A stretch of DNA of 64,000 nucleotides from an uncultured delta proteobacterium (GTDB taxonomy: Bacteria > Desulfobacterota > Desulfomonilia > Desulfomonilales > Desulfomonilaceae): contig CAWBKB010000003.1 of the NCBI GenBank assembly GCA_963789265.1, forward strand, positions 448,001-512,000, in the 5' to 3' direction. Each line of letters starts with the position of its first letter. Position 1 is the stretch's first letter. Shown here in pieces: positions 30,908 through 41,470 of this stretch. The notes below the pieces were generated by a model. It saw only the letters and a program-made list of their open reading frames with translations, did no database searches and was not told where the DNA came from. Position numbers and translations under genes: made by a program.

Positions 30908-31400
30908 GATGTCTCCTTTGATTCAACTCAGACAAGTTCAGCAAGATAATATCAGAAAAAACCCTCTTTTGTCAATAAATTGGGATGATAAAATAAGGTA
31001 TCTTCAAAAGTGGATCAGGGCCATTTTACATTCACATTACATTGCGGATTCAGGGATCATATATAATCGGCTCAAGATCGATGGGAAACGATATGAACGA
31101 CAAATTTCTAGATATGATGTCGAATAATTTGGGACCACGGCTCATCATTTCTAAACTGCTTGCCCTGAAGGAAAAGTCGCGGTCCAAATCGTTCCGTTTC
31201 CTGTTTCGCTCTATGACAGAGTAGATGGGTCTTTCACTGGCCGGCTCCTCATACTAGGAGAAGCGCCGGAAGATTTGAGAGCTTAGTCTCATTGGTTTTC
31301 GAGTATCCGAGTATCTCATCTACACCATCGTGAAATTGTTGGAAGTAATATAGTTGGGAGTTGAGATAATCACTCGATTCTTGCGTGCCTTTCGTTTTTT

Positions 31401-32986
31401 GTAATCGTTCACCGGGAGAGGTTCACGAGTGAAGGATGATCGAGCCCTTCCCGATGTGCTCTGATTGATTGAACGAGGAAGTCGAACGTATTCTTTCGTT
31501 GCACGATGCAGGTCCGAGTGACGGTCAGGAGTCGAGCGGTGAGCAGCTCGCCTTTTTCAAACTGATTCCCGAAGCAGATTTTCCTCCACTGGACCGCAGG
31601 CCGGTTTCCTCGCTCGGCGGAGTTGTTGGTGGGTTCCACTCCCTGATGATCCAGGAAGGTGAACAGGTGGTGCCAATGTTTGAGAAGCCCCCTGGCAGCA
31701 CGTGCCACATCGGGATCGGTGGACAATTCGTAGGCTTGGAGGCATCGGTTCATGCGCGCCCTAATGGGAACTGACTTCTTGACAAGCGTCTGCCTGTCCA
31801 CACGCCCGTCTTTGAAGGCGTGCCAGAACGCGAACATGCGCCCGATCTCCGAAAGCATCCATCGTGCGAACCGTACGCCGTCGGGACTGCGGCAGGCATG
31901 TTTGAGACCTCTAAGGGTCCTGATGATGTGCGCCCAGCAAATCTGTCTGCCCCCCGTGTGGTATGCGTTGTAGGCCGAGAACATATCCGAACAGATGATC
32001 CCGTTAAAGACCTCGCCAAGGACCCCTTTGAGCACCTTCGCACCCCTGGAGGCTGCCAGCGTGAAGAACTTCATGGCAGGGGCCACGAAAACCCAAAGCC
32101 AGATTCCCTTGCCCATGCTCTTCCAGCCCGTCTCGTCCACGTTGAGGATGTCTTGTTTAGGCAGAGCTTGTTTGATTTCCTCACAGGGTGTTTCGAGGGC
32201 CAGGGAGACTTCCTCATGAAGTTTGCACACGGAGCCAAGGGAGATGTCAACCCCGAACAGGGTCCGAACAAGCTCTTGGCACCCTCGTCGAGTCACCCGA
32301 TGCATGGCGGTGAGGTAGGCCAAGAGAGCGGCAAACCTGGGACCGAAACCAGATCGTGCCTGGGGCGGGACATTCGCCCACGTCACAGCGCCGCAGGCAC
32401 ATTCACACAATGCAGCCTGTATTCGGTGATCCCTGGTCTGATGTCGGAAATCTCTATCACCTGGCAACGAAGGTAATTGCCGAGCATACGGCTGCCGTCC
32501 TCGCCGGGGTGAAGAGGTGTATGACAAATTTCGCAAGACTTGGGCAGAACCTCCCGGATCGAATCAACCTTCTCAATGGGAACCAAATCCCTGTTTGCCC
32601 CCTTGTGACCCGGTTGCCCTCCAGGTTTGCGTTGCCTGGATTTCTTGCGCCGTCGAATTGCCGGTTTGCTTGCCGGACTGTCCGAAGAGGGCGGTTTAGA
32701 GGAATTGGAAGAATCTCTCGTAAGCAGGGTTACTTTACGCTCCAATTCGTCGATCCTTGCGCTCAAATGCAACAGGACCTCGATGATCGTCTCTCTATCG
32801 CCGTACGCGATGGCTCTGGCTTCTTCCCGAATCATGGGAAAAGCCAGTATCAAGAATTACCGCCAAGGCAAGGGCAATTTGAAAAATGTCGCGATATGGC
32901 GCGACCATATTTCATCCTCAGCGGTCAAAACCGCTCAACAGAAACCAAAAGGGGGGAACGACTCACTCTTCCCGGCCAACGGTTAC
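31401..32986 (-). mobile_element. IS66-family insertion sequence, single-ORF (ISBst12-like) type
   Basis: Terminal inverted repeats GTAATCGTTCACCGGGA / GTAACCGTTGGCCGGGA (14/17); 1586 bp; encloses an IS66 transposase. Confidence 0.88.
31409..32835 (-). CDS. IS66 transposase, frameshifted near 32410
   Basis: SSNSSKPPSSD, GGQPGHKG, VDETGW, QICWAH, PTNNSAER, split over two frames. Confidence 0.9.
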
Positions 32987-33110
32987 CATAAAAACAGCCC
33001 TTCGGTTCTATGAGGAAGAGCCGCTCCTCACGACACGGAAGCGGCTTGGAGAGTACAGCCATAGGTGGGTGGGGTGGGCTCTGAGTGTTGCTATGGACGT
33101 GGTAATACTA

Positions 33111-34517
33111 TCACTGATTGACTTGGATTGAAACACCTCCCCCCGGCTCGAACGATAAAGGCGAAAGGTCTTCTGCGAACAGCATGATACCGTTCAGATG
33201 GTCAGGGTTGCTTTCTGGGCCTACGATGACCATCGGGCTCCAGCCTGAACCAGCGGACATGTGGAAGGACACGAGGTCGAACCACTTTGAGTTGCCATCA
33301 TAGATGAACAGGCTCACTTGTCCCGGATGCTCGGCTAGGAGGCCGCACCAGTAGAATGTTCCGGATTCGGTCGTCAAAGGGGGAACCGAGGACGACAGAG
33401 GCGGGCTTGAGTACAACGTGTTAAATGCGATCGACCGTCTAATGAGAGTGATTCCTGGTAGGTTGCCGCTGCACGGCGCGGTCGGGGTATTGCTGAACGC
33501 CCTCGACAGGACCACCGCGGCAGGTTGATGCCAATCCCTCTTCACCTTCAGGCCCAGCAATCTCCTCAAGTCACGGGGACTCTTGAAAACAGGCTCAGGC
33601 ATAGTGAAGGGGCTCTCGAAGCTCAGCAGGTTCTCCAACTGGAACCCGACGTTGACGAATCCCCCGATGGTATTGTAATCTCCATCGATCCTGTCATGTC
33701 CGTGTTCGTATCTCAGGGTGAACACACCGTCTCGGGTTGTGAGGTCTGCGCCGCCCCGCCAGCCTTGCACCGCGGTCCCGATATCAAACTGGTACCCGAT
33801 GACCTTGAGCCGTAAGTCCAGAGAGCGATTTAACAGGGCATGGGAATATCCTGCCTCGACATCGAAACTGTTCCCCTTGTTCCTGAAGGCATTGATGAGG
33901 ACATCCCGGTTGAAGAGGTTCCCGTACCAGTTGAAATTCAGATCAATCGCGTCGTCTCCGGCAACATTCGCAGCCATTTCCAGGCCGACACCGCCGGACG
34001 AATACCATGTGTCGAACAGACGAGAGGAATCATAGAAGCCGTTAACTCCCAGAAAGGTGTTCCTGCCCAACATCGTGCGGTAACCGCCGCCGAACGACAG
34101 ATCGACCCTGTTGTTGGATGGGGAAGTTGTTGTGGTGAATCCTGGAGCCGCGGCAACGGATACAGTCGATCTCTTCCAGAAATCCCAGCCTTCCGCATGG
34201 GCCTCTCCGAACAGGACGGAATCACAACCGAGACGGAACGGAAGGACATAATCGGCAGTGAATCGCCCGGTATTCACCCTGTTACCGAAATGGTCCAGGA
34301 ACCCCAGCTCCAGATTAGGGATTCTGGGGAGAAAAGGGCTGAGCATTCCGCTGGAGACGGGTATCGCATCATCCCCCCGAGAACACCCACAATCGTTCGG
34401 TGCATTGCCGGGAGCGGGAAGCTGCGGAAGACCTTGTGCGTCCACAAAGGTGGTGAGAGCACAGGCGAAAAGAAGCAAGAAAGGCAGGACGAGCAGAATC
34501 CGCCTAGACAGCGCCAT
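33111..34517 (-). CDS. Secreted protein with inverse-autotransporter-like beta-barrel domain
   Basis: Signal peptide; SFGGGYR...FLGVNGFYD...GGVGLE and FDVEAGY strands resembling intimin/invasin-type barrels; short C-terminal passenger. Confidence 0.6.
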   Translation of the reverse strand: MALSRRILLVLPFLLLFACALTTFVDAQGLPQLPAPGNAPNDCGCSRGDDAIPVSSGMLSPFLPRIPNLELGFLDHFGNRVNTGRFTADYVLPFRLGCDSVLFGEAHAEGWDFWKRSTVSVAAAPGFTTTTSPSNNRVDLSFGGGYRTMLGRNTFLGVNGFYDSSRLFDTWYSSGGVGLEMAANVAGDDAIDLNFNWYGNLFNRDVLINAFRNKGNSFDVEAGYSHALLNRSLDLRLKVIGYQFDIGTAVQGWRGGADLTTRDGVFTLRYEHGHDRIDGDYNTIGGFVNVGFQLENLLSFESPFTMPEPVFKSPRDLRRLLGLKVKRDWHQPAAVVLSRAFSNTPTAPCSGNLPGITLIRRSIAFNTLYSSPPLSSSVPPLTTESGTFYWCGLLAEHPGQVSLFIYDGNSKWFDLVSFHMSAGSGWSPMVIVGPESNPDHLNGIMLFAEDLSPLSFEPGGGVSIQVNQ

Positions 34518-34838
34518 GACCATACCCCCTGGACTCCAAAGCCCCTGAAGCACAAGACGCGGCCACACACCCCCAAACGTCAATCGGAGGGAGTCTCAAG
34601 TGCTAATAAAACAGAAATCACAAGAAATTCAGCAGAATATTACGTGAAGGCGGTAGAGGGAGTCAAGAGAATTTGGGGGTTCGGGCTGAAGGCAGCTCAC
34701 AATTCGTGACCGGGTAAGATACACAGATAGTTCAGAACTATTTTAAAATGGTTATCCCTGATGGCAATGACATCCCGAAACTTTTTTCCCGCTGAACGGT
34801 TACCGTTTTTTCTCTCTTCCCGTCACTTTTAGCAGGGT

Positions 34839-36611
34839 TTAGAAATCCACTTCAATTGCAACACGCGTACCGAAAATCGGGTCAATTTCCCGATTGGGGT
34901 TTATGCCCCACATGTTGCTCGCGGTCGGCGCATTGTCCCAATTGGGTTGCCTCCTGTCCACACATGCGTACTTGAACCAGCCGCCGGGCTTCCAATAGGC
35001 CGCTCTGGCTCTTAACGTGTATCCTTCGATAAGTTTCCAATCGATCCCACCGCCAATTTCGTACCCAAGGTCTCTCTCCAAAATGTTGGGAGCCGGAATC
35101 AAGCCGATCGGGTTGTCGGCCCCAGCGAATGAAAGGTCCAGAAGGTTGCCATTTACGGAGGGAGGATTAACTGGAGTTCCGTTATTCCCGAATTGCAGCC
35201 CAGGAAAACTGAGGTCCTTTCCAGGATCCGGCCTTATCCACCCCCAGCCGTATCCTTGGGAGACCCTGCTAGCGTACAAGAAGGTTGCATATGCGTTTAG
35301 ATTAGCTGCCACAGCGTAATCCAATCTCACGCCGTACGTACTCGCATCGGTAATGAAACCGTGATCGGAAGAGCGAGATATGGAACCGTTTCCCGATCCG
35401 TAATCATACCCCAGCAACAGGCTGTAGGGCAAATACAGGTTCACACCACCGTTGGGGGAAAATACGGGAACAATGGTAGGCTGTCTGTCGATGAGTTTGC
35501 CTCCACGTCTGTCCGGACCTGGATAGTAGGCCCAGAGAAAGCTAATCTTTGCCGGACCGGCCATCGCGCCGCACTCGATCACTCCACCCCAGAATTCCCA
35601 GTAACGAGTTTGGGGTAGGTAAGTTCGGATCAATATAGCTGAATTCACAGGCAGGCCGTTCTGCCGGTAGAATTCCTGATAAAACCCGACTTCAGCATTG
35701 AAGAAGTACCGTCCGTTGAAATATTTGATATTGGTGAATCCGAAAACTTCCGAGGCGTCCGTCGCGAAGACTGGGAACAAACCTGGATGAGCTGCGTCCA
35801 GTTCCGGATTAATCAAAAGCTCCGATTCCGGCCCCTTGTGACCGTTGGTGTATTCAATATATGTCTGAGAACTGATGTTTCCGGCACTATACCAGAGCAA
35901 AGCAGCGAAATGAGGTTGAGCTGAACCACTCCGGTCTGTTTTTAGGGGATAGTTACCGGCTCGACCCGGGCCCCAAAAGTAGTATTGCGCACCAAGTAGG
36001 AAAGGGCCAAAGGGAATGCTTAGAGTCACCGACTCAGTCGAGTTCTCCAAGGAGTCGATAATCAAACCAAAATCGATGGTGTTTGGCTGCTTCCCTATGA
36101 GTACCGTTCCCCAGGGAAGATCAGCCTGAACCTGCCAAGTTTGCCAATAACCGGGGGAAATTGACTGTCCGATCCCTGGAGCATCACTATTCAAGTACCT
36201 GGAGCTATTGAGGTATCCCTGGGAAGCGTTTGCAGAAGGGGCTAACCAGCTTCCAATTCTGTAGATTCCTTGCATTGAAAGCGCCGGATTCACTTTCACG
36301 CTCGGGGAAAAAATTGTGTACATGTAGTTCGCCGCCACATCCGAACCTGAAGCCAGATTATCACCAAAATTAATCACGCGACTGGCAACCTCGTGACCAA
36401 GCCAACCGTTGCGAGCGGCGAGCCTCACAGTGCCGGCCACTGAGCTGTTATCCTGATTGAACGGCCCGAAAAAGCCTTTGTCGCCCAGTTGTGAGAATTG
36501 ATAATACTCCCATGTGAAATTTCCGGTCATAGAGAACTCCCAGGCGCCGGCCTGTGAAACGACTAGGAAGAACAGCGCCAGAATGAGACCGACCTGTTTG
36601 CTCTGTCTCAT
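34839..36611 (-). CDS. Outer-membrane beta-barrel (porin-like) protein
   Basis: Signal peptide (AGA-WEF), amphipathic aromatic strands, C-terminal Phe (RVAIEVDF). Confidence 0.72.
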   Translation of the reverse strand: MRQSKQVGLILALFFLVVSQAGAWEFSMTGNFTWEYYQFSQLGDKGFFGPFNQDNSSVAGTVRLAARNGWLGHEVASRVINFGDNLASGSDVAANYMYTIFSPSVKVNPALSMQGIYRIGSWLAPSANASQGYLNSSRYLNSDAPGIGQSISPGYWQTWQVQADLPWGTVLIGKQPNTIDFGLIIDSLENSTESVTLSIPFGPFLLGAQYYFWGPGRAGNYPLKTDRSGSAQPHFAALLWYSAGNISSQTYIEYTNGHKGPESELLINPELDAAHPGLFPVFATDASEVFGFTNIKYFNGRYFFNAEVGFYQEFYRQNGLPVNSAILIRTYLPQTRYWEFWGGVIECGAMAGPAKISFLWAYYPGPDRRGGKLIDRQPTIVPVFSPNGGVNLYLPYSLLLGYDYGSGNGSISRSSDHGFITDASTYGVRLDYAVAANLNAYATFLYASRVSQGYGWGWIRPDPGKDLSFPGLQFGNNGTPVNPPSVNGNLLDLSFAGADNPIGLIPAPNILERDLGYEIGGGIDWKLIEGYTLRARAAYWKPGGWFKYACVDRRQPNWDNAPTASNMWGINPNREIDPIFGTRVAIEVDF

Positions 36612-36688
36612 ACCTTCACCCCTAGCTGTGCTATGTCAGATGGTCGGCGGAAAAACATACGTTTCTTCCGCCGAATGGTTAGGGCTTG

Positions 36689-37603
36689 TTACTCGGGATC
36701 TCCGCCAAGGAATTCCGGACGTTCATACGCGGGGTCAGGGTACGTGTAAAAGCCCCGGCCCGATTTTTTCCCCAGCAGGCCCTTGTCGATATAAAGCCGC
36801 TTGAATTCGTCGGCGGCTTTCCGGGCGCCCGTGTCGCCTGATATCTTGGCGTTACTCTCCATAACATGCCAGATGGTATCCAGTCCTATCCCGTCCAACA
36901 TTCCGAAAATTCCGATGGGCATTTTTAGGTGAATCATAACCGCCCGGTCCACGTCCTCCACGGACATGATTTTGTCCCACAGGGCTATTCTCATCGCCAC
37001 TGAGTTCATGCCTTCGAAGATGGCGTTCGACACGTAGCCCGGTAACTCTTTCTTGAAAATCAGCGGAACCTGTTTGATTCGTTTCGCGAAAGCCGCCAGG
37101 AGCTCCACGATTTCCGGAGACGTCCCCGGGTGCGGCATAACATCGACCAGGTTGCGTTCGAACACGTCGAGGAAGTGCAGCGCTGCGAACCTGGAGGGCC
37201 GTCCCGTGGCCTCGGCCCACATGGACGGGAGAAGCGAGGACGTGTTGGTGGTGAAGACCGTTTTAGGATGGCAAATCTGGTGGAACTGGGCAAAGACTTT
37301 CGCCTTGAGGTCGGGGTCCTCAAGCACCGATTCGCTCAGCAGGTCCGCGTCGGCCCCGTCCTCCGGGCGGGAAGTGTAGTGGAGGCGGGACAAAGCGGCT
37401 TCGGCCTCTTCGGGCGTCATTTTCTGTTGGGCCACCAGTTCCGCGGCTAATGCGGGTATTTGTTCCCGCGCGTTCTCCAGGGACTTGGAGAAGGCGTCGT
37501 AGGCGACCACCTCGTAGCCGAAGCGGGCGCACTGCAGAGCAATCCTCTGCCCCATAGTGCCCATACCCACCACGAGGATCTTGCGGATCTCATCTACTTT
37601 CAT
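36689..37603 (-). CDS. 3-hydroxyacyl-CoA dehydrogenase family protein
   Basis: GMGTMG, ESVLE, TNTSS, ALHF, GKKSGRGFY. Confidence 0.92.
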   Translation of the reverse strand: MKVDEIRKILVVGMGTMGQRIALQCARFGYEVVAYDAFSKSLENAREQIPALAAELVAQQKMTPEEAEAALSRLHYTSRPEDGADADLLSESVLEDPDLKAKVFAQFHQICHPKTVFTTNTSSLLPSMWAEATGRPSRFAALHFLDVFERNLVDVMPHPGTSPEIVELLAAFAKRIKQVPLIFKKELPGYVSNAIFEGMNSVAMRIALWDKIMSVEDVDRAVMIHLKMPIGIFGMLDGIGLDTIWHVMESNAKISGDTGARKAADEFKRLYIDKGLLGKKSGRGFYTYPDPAYERPEFLGGDPE

Positions 37604-37622
37604 GATCAGCCCCCCGGTAGCG

Positions 37623-38492
37623 TTAGAACTGTCCGTAGCGTTGAAAGCGGCCCGTGACGAGGGTGGATCGGTCCCAGCGGCCCGAGAACAGGTATGAAAT
37701 CAGTCTGTCCCCCTCGTCGTCCTCGAACTGCGCGAGAGGCGATATGCCTGGGACCGAGTTGGAACTGATGCCGTACCCGGCGCCGAGGGGCTTCACGACC
37801 TCCAGTTCTGCCCAAGGGTCATCGAGCGACGGCTCCATGTGGATCGATTTGATGCTGGCCGATTCCCAGGTCTGGAAGTCCGTGACGCTATTATAGCAGT
37901 CAAGGCGCATGTTCGCGAACGTAGAGCGGCCTTCCGGGCCCTGTCCTAACTCGTACCGGAACAGCAGACACGCGCCCCTTTCTTGATATCCAGGCCCATA
38001 ATCCTTGCGCATGACTTCCATGAGGGGGTCGTTGTACCCCCCCATCTCCACTTCGACCGAGAAAATACGCCGGCCCTTTCTCTCGATGAGAGCGCTCGCC
38101 CAGTCGCCGTTGCGCTCGACGATGATCCGCTCGCACATCTTCTTGGGCAGTCCGGCCCCTTCACGCCCGCTGCACAGGCCCATGTGTGCGCCCGGGCCAC
38201 TGAGCTGGAGGTTCAGGAAATAGACGCCCACGATTTCGCCGTAGCGACAGAGCAGGCTGAGGGCGCCTTCCATGTACCATGGTGCGAACGTGGGCTCGCG
38301 GATATTGACGACGTACACCATGGCGATGGGATGCGCGGGGTCAGCGAGATCGAGCGGCGGCGGCAGTACACGGCGCGCCGCGATGGGGTCGGTCTCCCAG
38401 CTAATGTAAAGGCCCTCCTGATTGTTCATGTCTCCCGGGTTCATGAACGAGTAGATCTGTTCACGAGGAATGAAATAACTGCCGTTTTTCAT
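37623..38492 (-). CDS. Acetoacetate decarboxylase family protein
   Basis: LPPPL, YMEGAL, GREGAGLPKK (Schiff-base Lys motif), DPWAELEV; AGGAGG Shine-Dalgarno. Confidence 0.85.
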   Translation of the reverse strand: MKNGSYFIPREQIYSFMNPGDMNNQEGLYISWETDPIAARRVLPPPLDLADPAHPIAMVYVVNIREPTFAPWYMEGALSLLCRYGEIVGVYFLNLQLSGPGAHMGLCSGREGAGLPKKMCERIIVERNGDWASALIERKGRRIFSVEVEMGGYNDPLMEVMRKDYGPGYQERGACLLFRYELGQGPEGRSTFANMRLDCYNSVTDFQTWESASIKSIHMEPSLDDPWAELEVVKPLGAGYGISSNSVPGISPLAQFEDDEGDRLISYLFSGRWDRSTLVTGRFQRYGQF

Positions 38493-38527
38493 GGATCCAT
38501 ATCCTCCTTTTTGCTGCACCACGCAGA

Positions 38528-39346
38528 TTACACGGCCCATTCGCCGCTGCGCCGCTTCCGAGCCACATTCAGTAGGTAGTCATCGACATATTTGGAAGCC
38601 TCGGGATTGAAACAGTTCCTGGCGCCTAAGGCATCGGCCTCATCGCCTAGAACCAGCCGCTCGTTTTTCGCCACACCGCTGAGGATCGTTCGCGCGGACC
38701 GCTCGGGCGACTGGGCGCCCGGAGGTGCTCCCACGCTGCCTGCGGACCAGATGGCAGTGGCAGTTGTACCCGGTGTCGCCGACGTCAGGCGGATGTTTTC
38801 GTCCCAGAACTCATAGCGGAGAGCCAGGGTCAGCGAGTTCAGGGCGGCCTTGGTCGCGGAGTACATCGTCTGGTAGGCCATCGGGGAGAAGGCTATGCCG
38901 GATATGATATTGACAATGTGCCCGCCGCCCTGCGCCCGCATGACCGGCAAGACGGCACGGATGCCGTACATCGCCCCGTAGAAGTTGAGAGCGAACGCTT
39001 TCTCCCAGTCTCGATCGGCCTGGTTCTCGAAATCTCCGCTGAAACCGGCGCCTGCGTTGTTAAAAAGGAGGTTTATGCGGCCGTCGCCGAATTCAGCCGC
39101 TTGTTCGATCATTCCTTTGACTTCCTCTTCATTCGTGACGTCGCACCGGATTCCGAGCGCCTGGCAGGAGTGGGCCGCGTTTAGCCGTGCGGTCTCCCTG
39201 ACAAGGTTCGCCTCGTTTACATCCACGAGGACGACCCGCTTCGCCCCGTAGGAAAGCATGGTTTCGGCCAGCGCCAATCCGATGCCCGAGGCGGCGCCCG
39301 TTATGGCTGCAACTTTATCCCGGTAGTACTCATTCGTTTCGCTCAT
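38528..39346 (-). CDS. Short-chain dehydrogenase/reductase
   Basis: TGAASGIG, NNAG, YSATK. Confidence 0.93.
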   Translation of the reverse strand: MSETNEYYRDKVAAITGAASGIGLALAETMLSYGAKRVVLVDVNEANLVRETARLNAAHSCQALGIRCDVTNEEEVKGMIEQAAEFGDGRINLLFNNAGAGFSGDFENQADRDWEKAFALNFYGAMYGIRAVLPVMRAQGGGHIVNIISGIAFSPMAYQTMYSATKAALNSLTLALRYEFWDENIRLTSATPGTTATAIWSAGSVGAPPGAQSPERSARTILSGVAKNERLVLGDEADALGARNCFNPEASKYVDDYLLNVARKRRSGEWAV

Positions 39347-39457
39347 GTTCGTTCCCCTTGTGCAACATTCGACTTCTCAAGTTGGGGCAGCACCGGCTTC
39401 CGACCTACACACAATGGGAAGAAAGGAGGCCCCTTCAACGACGGTTTCGGGTATGTC

Positions 39458-41401
39458 CTACGGCTCGAACACGAACGCCTGCCCGTAGGCGTCCTGGGTC
39501 GCATCCACTATCCGCCCGCCGCGCACCGTGTCGCCCATGACCCGCGCGTCGGGGAAGGCTACTTTGAAGCGGTCGACGACCTCCTTATGCTGCCGGACGC
39601 CCATCGCCAGGATCACGGTGTCAGCCGCGACGAACACGGACTCACCGCTTTCCATGCATTGGAGCTCTACTCCCTCAGCAGTGACCTTCAGCAGCCGGTG
39701 CCCCGGCAGCAAGACTGGATCGTAGCATGCCATGCGCTCCTTGATGTCCATGATCACGATGATATTCGCACCAGCGCCGATCTCCGGCAGCATGTCCACG
39801 AGGCTCGTCTTGTGCCCGGCCAGCATCACCACCTCCGCCGTCTCGAGGCCTGTCATACCCGAACCGATGATCACGCAGTCGCCTTTGACCTCCGCCCGCC
39901 CCGCAAGCACGTCTTCCGCGATGACGACGTTTTCCCCGTCGATCCCGGGGACCGGCGGTATGAACGGCCGCGCGCCACACGCGATAAACACGCCGCAGGG
40001 GGAGAGTGCCCCAACTTTCTCCACCGTCGCCTCCTCCCCGAGGCGCAGCTCAACACCGCTTTCTTCCACCTGTGCGATCATGGAATCGACGAACCGAGTG
40101 ATCTTCTCCCTGGCGAAGCCCTTGTCGGCCACGTTCAGCGTTCCGCCGAGCCTCGGAGACGGGTCGAACAGCACGACGCGGAAGCCGCGTTCCCACAGGA
40201 CCATGGCAGCCGTAACCCCCGCGGGGCCGCCGCCCACAACCGCCACCGTGCGCCCCGCGCCGTCGCGGGCTGGACTGGCGAACTCGCGTTCGCGGCCCAT
40301 GGTCGGGTTCACCGAGCACTTGACGTGCCGGCAGTGCTCGAGCTCGTCGAAGCACACGAGGCAGCTGATGCATTTGCGTATGGTCTCCGACTTGCCTGCT
40401 TTCGCCTTTTTGCACCACTCCGGATCCGCTAGATGCCCGCGCGCGACGCCCACCAGGTCGCAGCAGCCCTCCGCCAGGATCGCTTCCGCAACCGCCGGCT
40501 CCTTAATGTTCGCTACCGCGATGATCGGTATCCTCACGTGCTTCTTAATCTCAGCGGCCATGTATTTTTTCCATCCCTGCTCGATCGTGGCCGGCTCGAT
40601 GCAGGCGGTGAACTTGGGGCTGTCCGGGATCGTAGAGCTGATGTCAAGGAAGTCGGTGCCAGCCTTCTCCAGTTCGGCTGCGATCCCGCAGCTCGCGGCG
40701 AGGTCGTTCCCCCGGTCTCCCAGGAATTCCTCGACCGAGAGGCGGACGCCGAGAACGAAGCCCTTGCCGCAGGCCGCTCGGATGCCTGCGAGGATCTCCA
40801 TCAGGAACCGCAGGCGGTTCTCGAAGTTGCCGCCATAGTCGTCGTCACGCCGGTTGAGATATGGAGACAGGAAGCTGTTGATCAGGTAGCCATGCGCGCC
40901 GTGCAGCTCGACGCCGTCAACGCCCGCTATCTGCGCCATGAACGCCCCTTTCACGAAGGCCTCCCGAATCTCTCCGATCTCCGAAACTGTGAGCGCGCGC
41001 GGAACCTCTCCCGTAAGGGGGGTTACCACTGCCGAGGCGGAGACGGGCTGCTCGCCTCCGATCATGACGCTGCCCTGGCGGCCGGGGTGCTGCAACTGGA
41101 TGAACATCCTGGCGCCGTACTTATGCACGGTGTCCATGAGCCGCCCGAGCCCAGGCACGTCCGCAAGGTTTCTCGAGGCGAGCTGGCAGGATTCAGATGC
41201 ACCCGCGCCGTCCATTACTCGGCATACCCCACTGACGATGAGCCCGACTCCGCCCCTTGCTCTCGCCTCGTAGAAAGCGATGATGTCTTCGTTTACGCCG
41301 CCCCCCGGCGCGGCGAGGCTCACTCCCATAGCCGTCATCGCCACGCGGTTCTTGATCTCCAACCCGCCGATCCGTACCGGGCTGAACAGATTGGGAAACA
41401 T
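39458..41401 (-). CDS. NADH:flavin oxidoreductase (OYE barrel + 4Fe-4S + FAD domain; 2,4-dienoyl-CoA-reductase-like)
   Basis: ELHGAHGYLI, NRRDDDYGG, CISCLVC...C, GGGPAG; GGAGG before ATG 41401. Confidence 0.93.
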   Translation of the reverse strand: MFPNLFSPVRIGGLEIKNRVAMTAMGVSLAAPGGGVNEDIIAFYEARARGGVGLIVSGVCRVMDGAGASESCQLASRNLADVPGLGRLMDTVHKYGARMFIQLQHPGRQGSVMIGGEQPVSASAVVTPLTGEVPRALTVSEIGEIREAFVKGAFMAQIAGVDGVELHGAHGYLINSFLSPYLNRRDDDYGGNFENRLRFLMEILAGIRAACGKGFVLGVRLSVEEFLGDRGNDLAASCGIAAELEKAGTDFLDISSTIPDSPKFTACIEPATIEQGWKKYMAAEIKKHVRIPIIAVANIKEPAVAEAILAEGCCDLVGVARGHLADPEWCKKAKAGKSETIRKCISCLVCFDELEHCRHVKCSVNPTMGREREFASPARDGAGRTVAVVGGGPAGVTAAMVLWERGFRVVLFDPSPRLGGTLNVADKGFAREKITRFVDSMIAQVEESGVELRLGEEATVEKVGALSPCGVFIACGARPFIPPVPGIDGENVVIAEDVLAGRAEVKGDCVIIGSGMTGLETAEVVMLAGHKTSLVDMLPEIGAGANIIVIMDIKERMACYDPVLLPGHRLLKVTAEGVELQCMESGESVFVAADTVILAMGVRQHKEVVDRFKVAFPDARVMGDTVRGGRIVDATQDAYGQAFVFEP

Positions 41402-41470
41402 CTTCGTCACCTCCCACATTGTCAATGAAGACCAAAGGGGGCCATATATGGCCGCGTCCCAAGCCTGATG

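Noticed and set aside
30950..31400. AT-rich stretch next to IS66 as a possible interrupted gene
   Set aside because: Only short open frames with no recognisable similarity.
33840..34709. 289-aa + strand ORF
   Set aside because: Antisense shadow of the barrel-protein gene.
39587..41428. Long + strand ORFs (281, 368 and 331 aa)
   Set aside because: Antisense shadows of the high-GC OYE gene, with no recognisable motifs.
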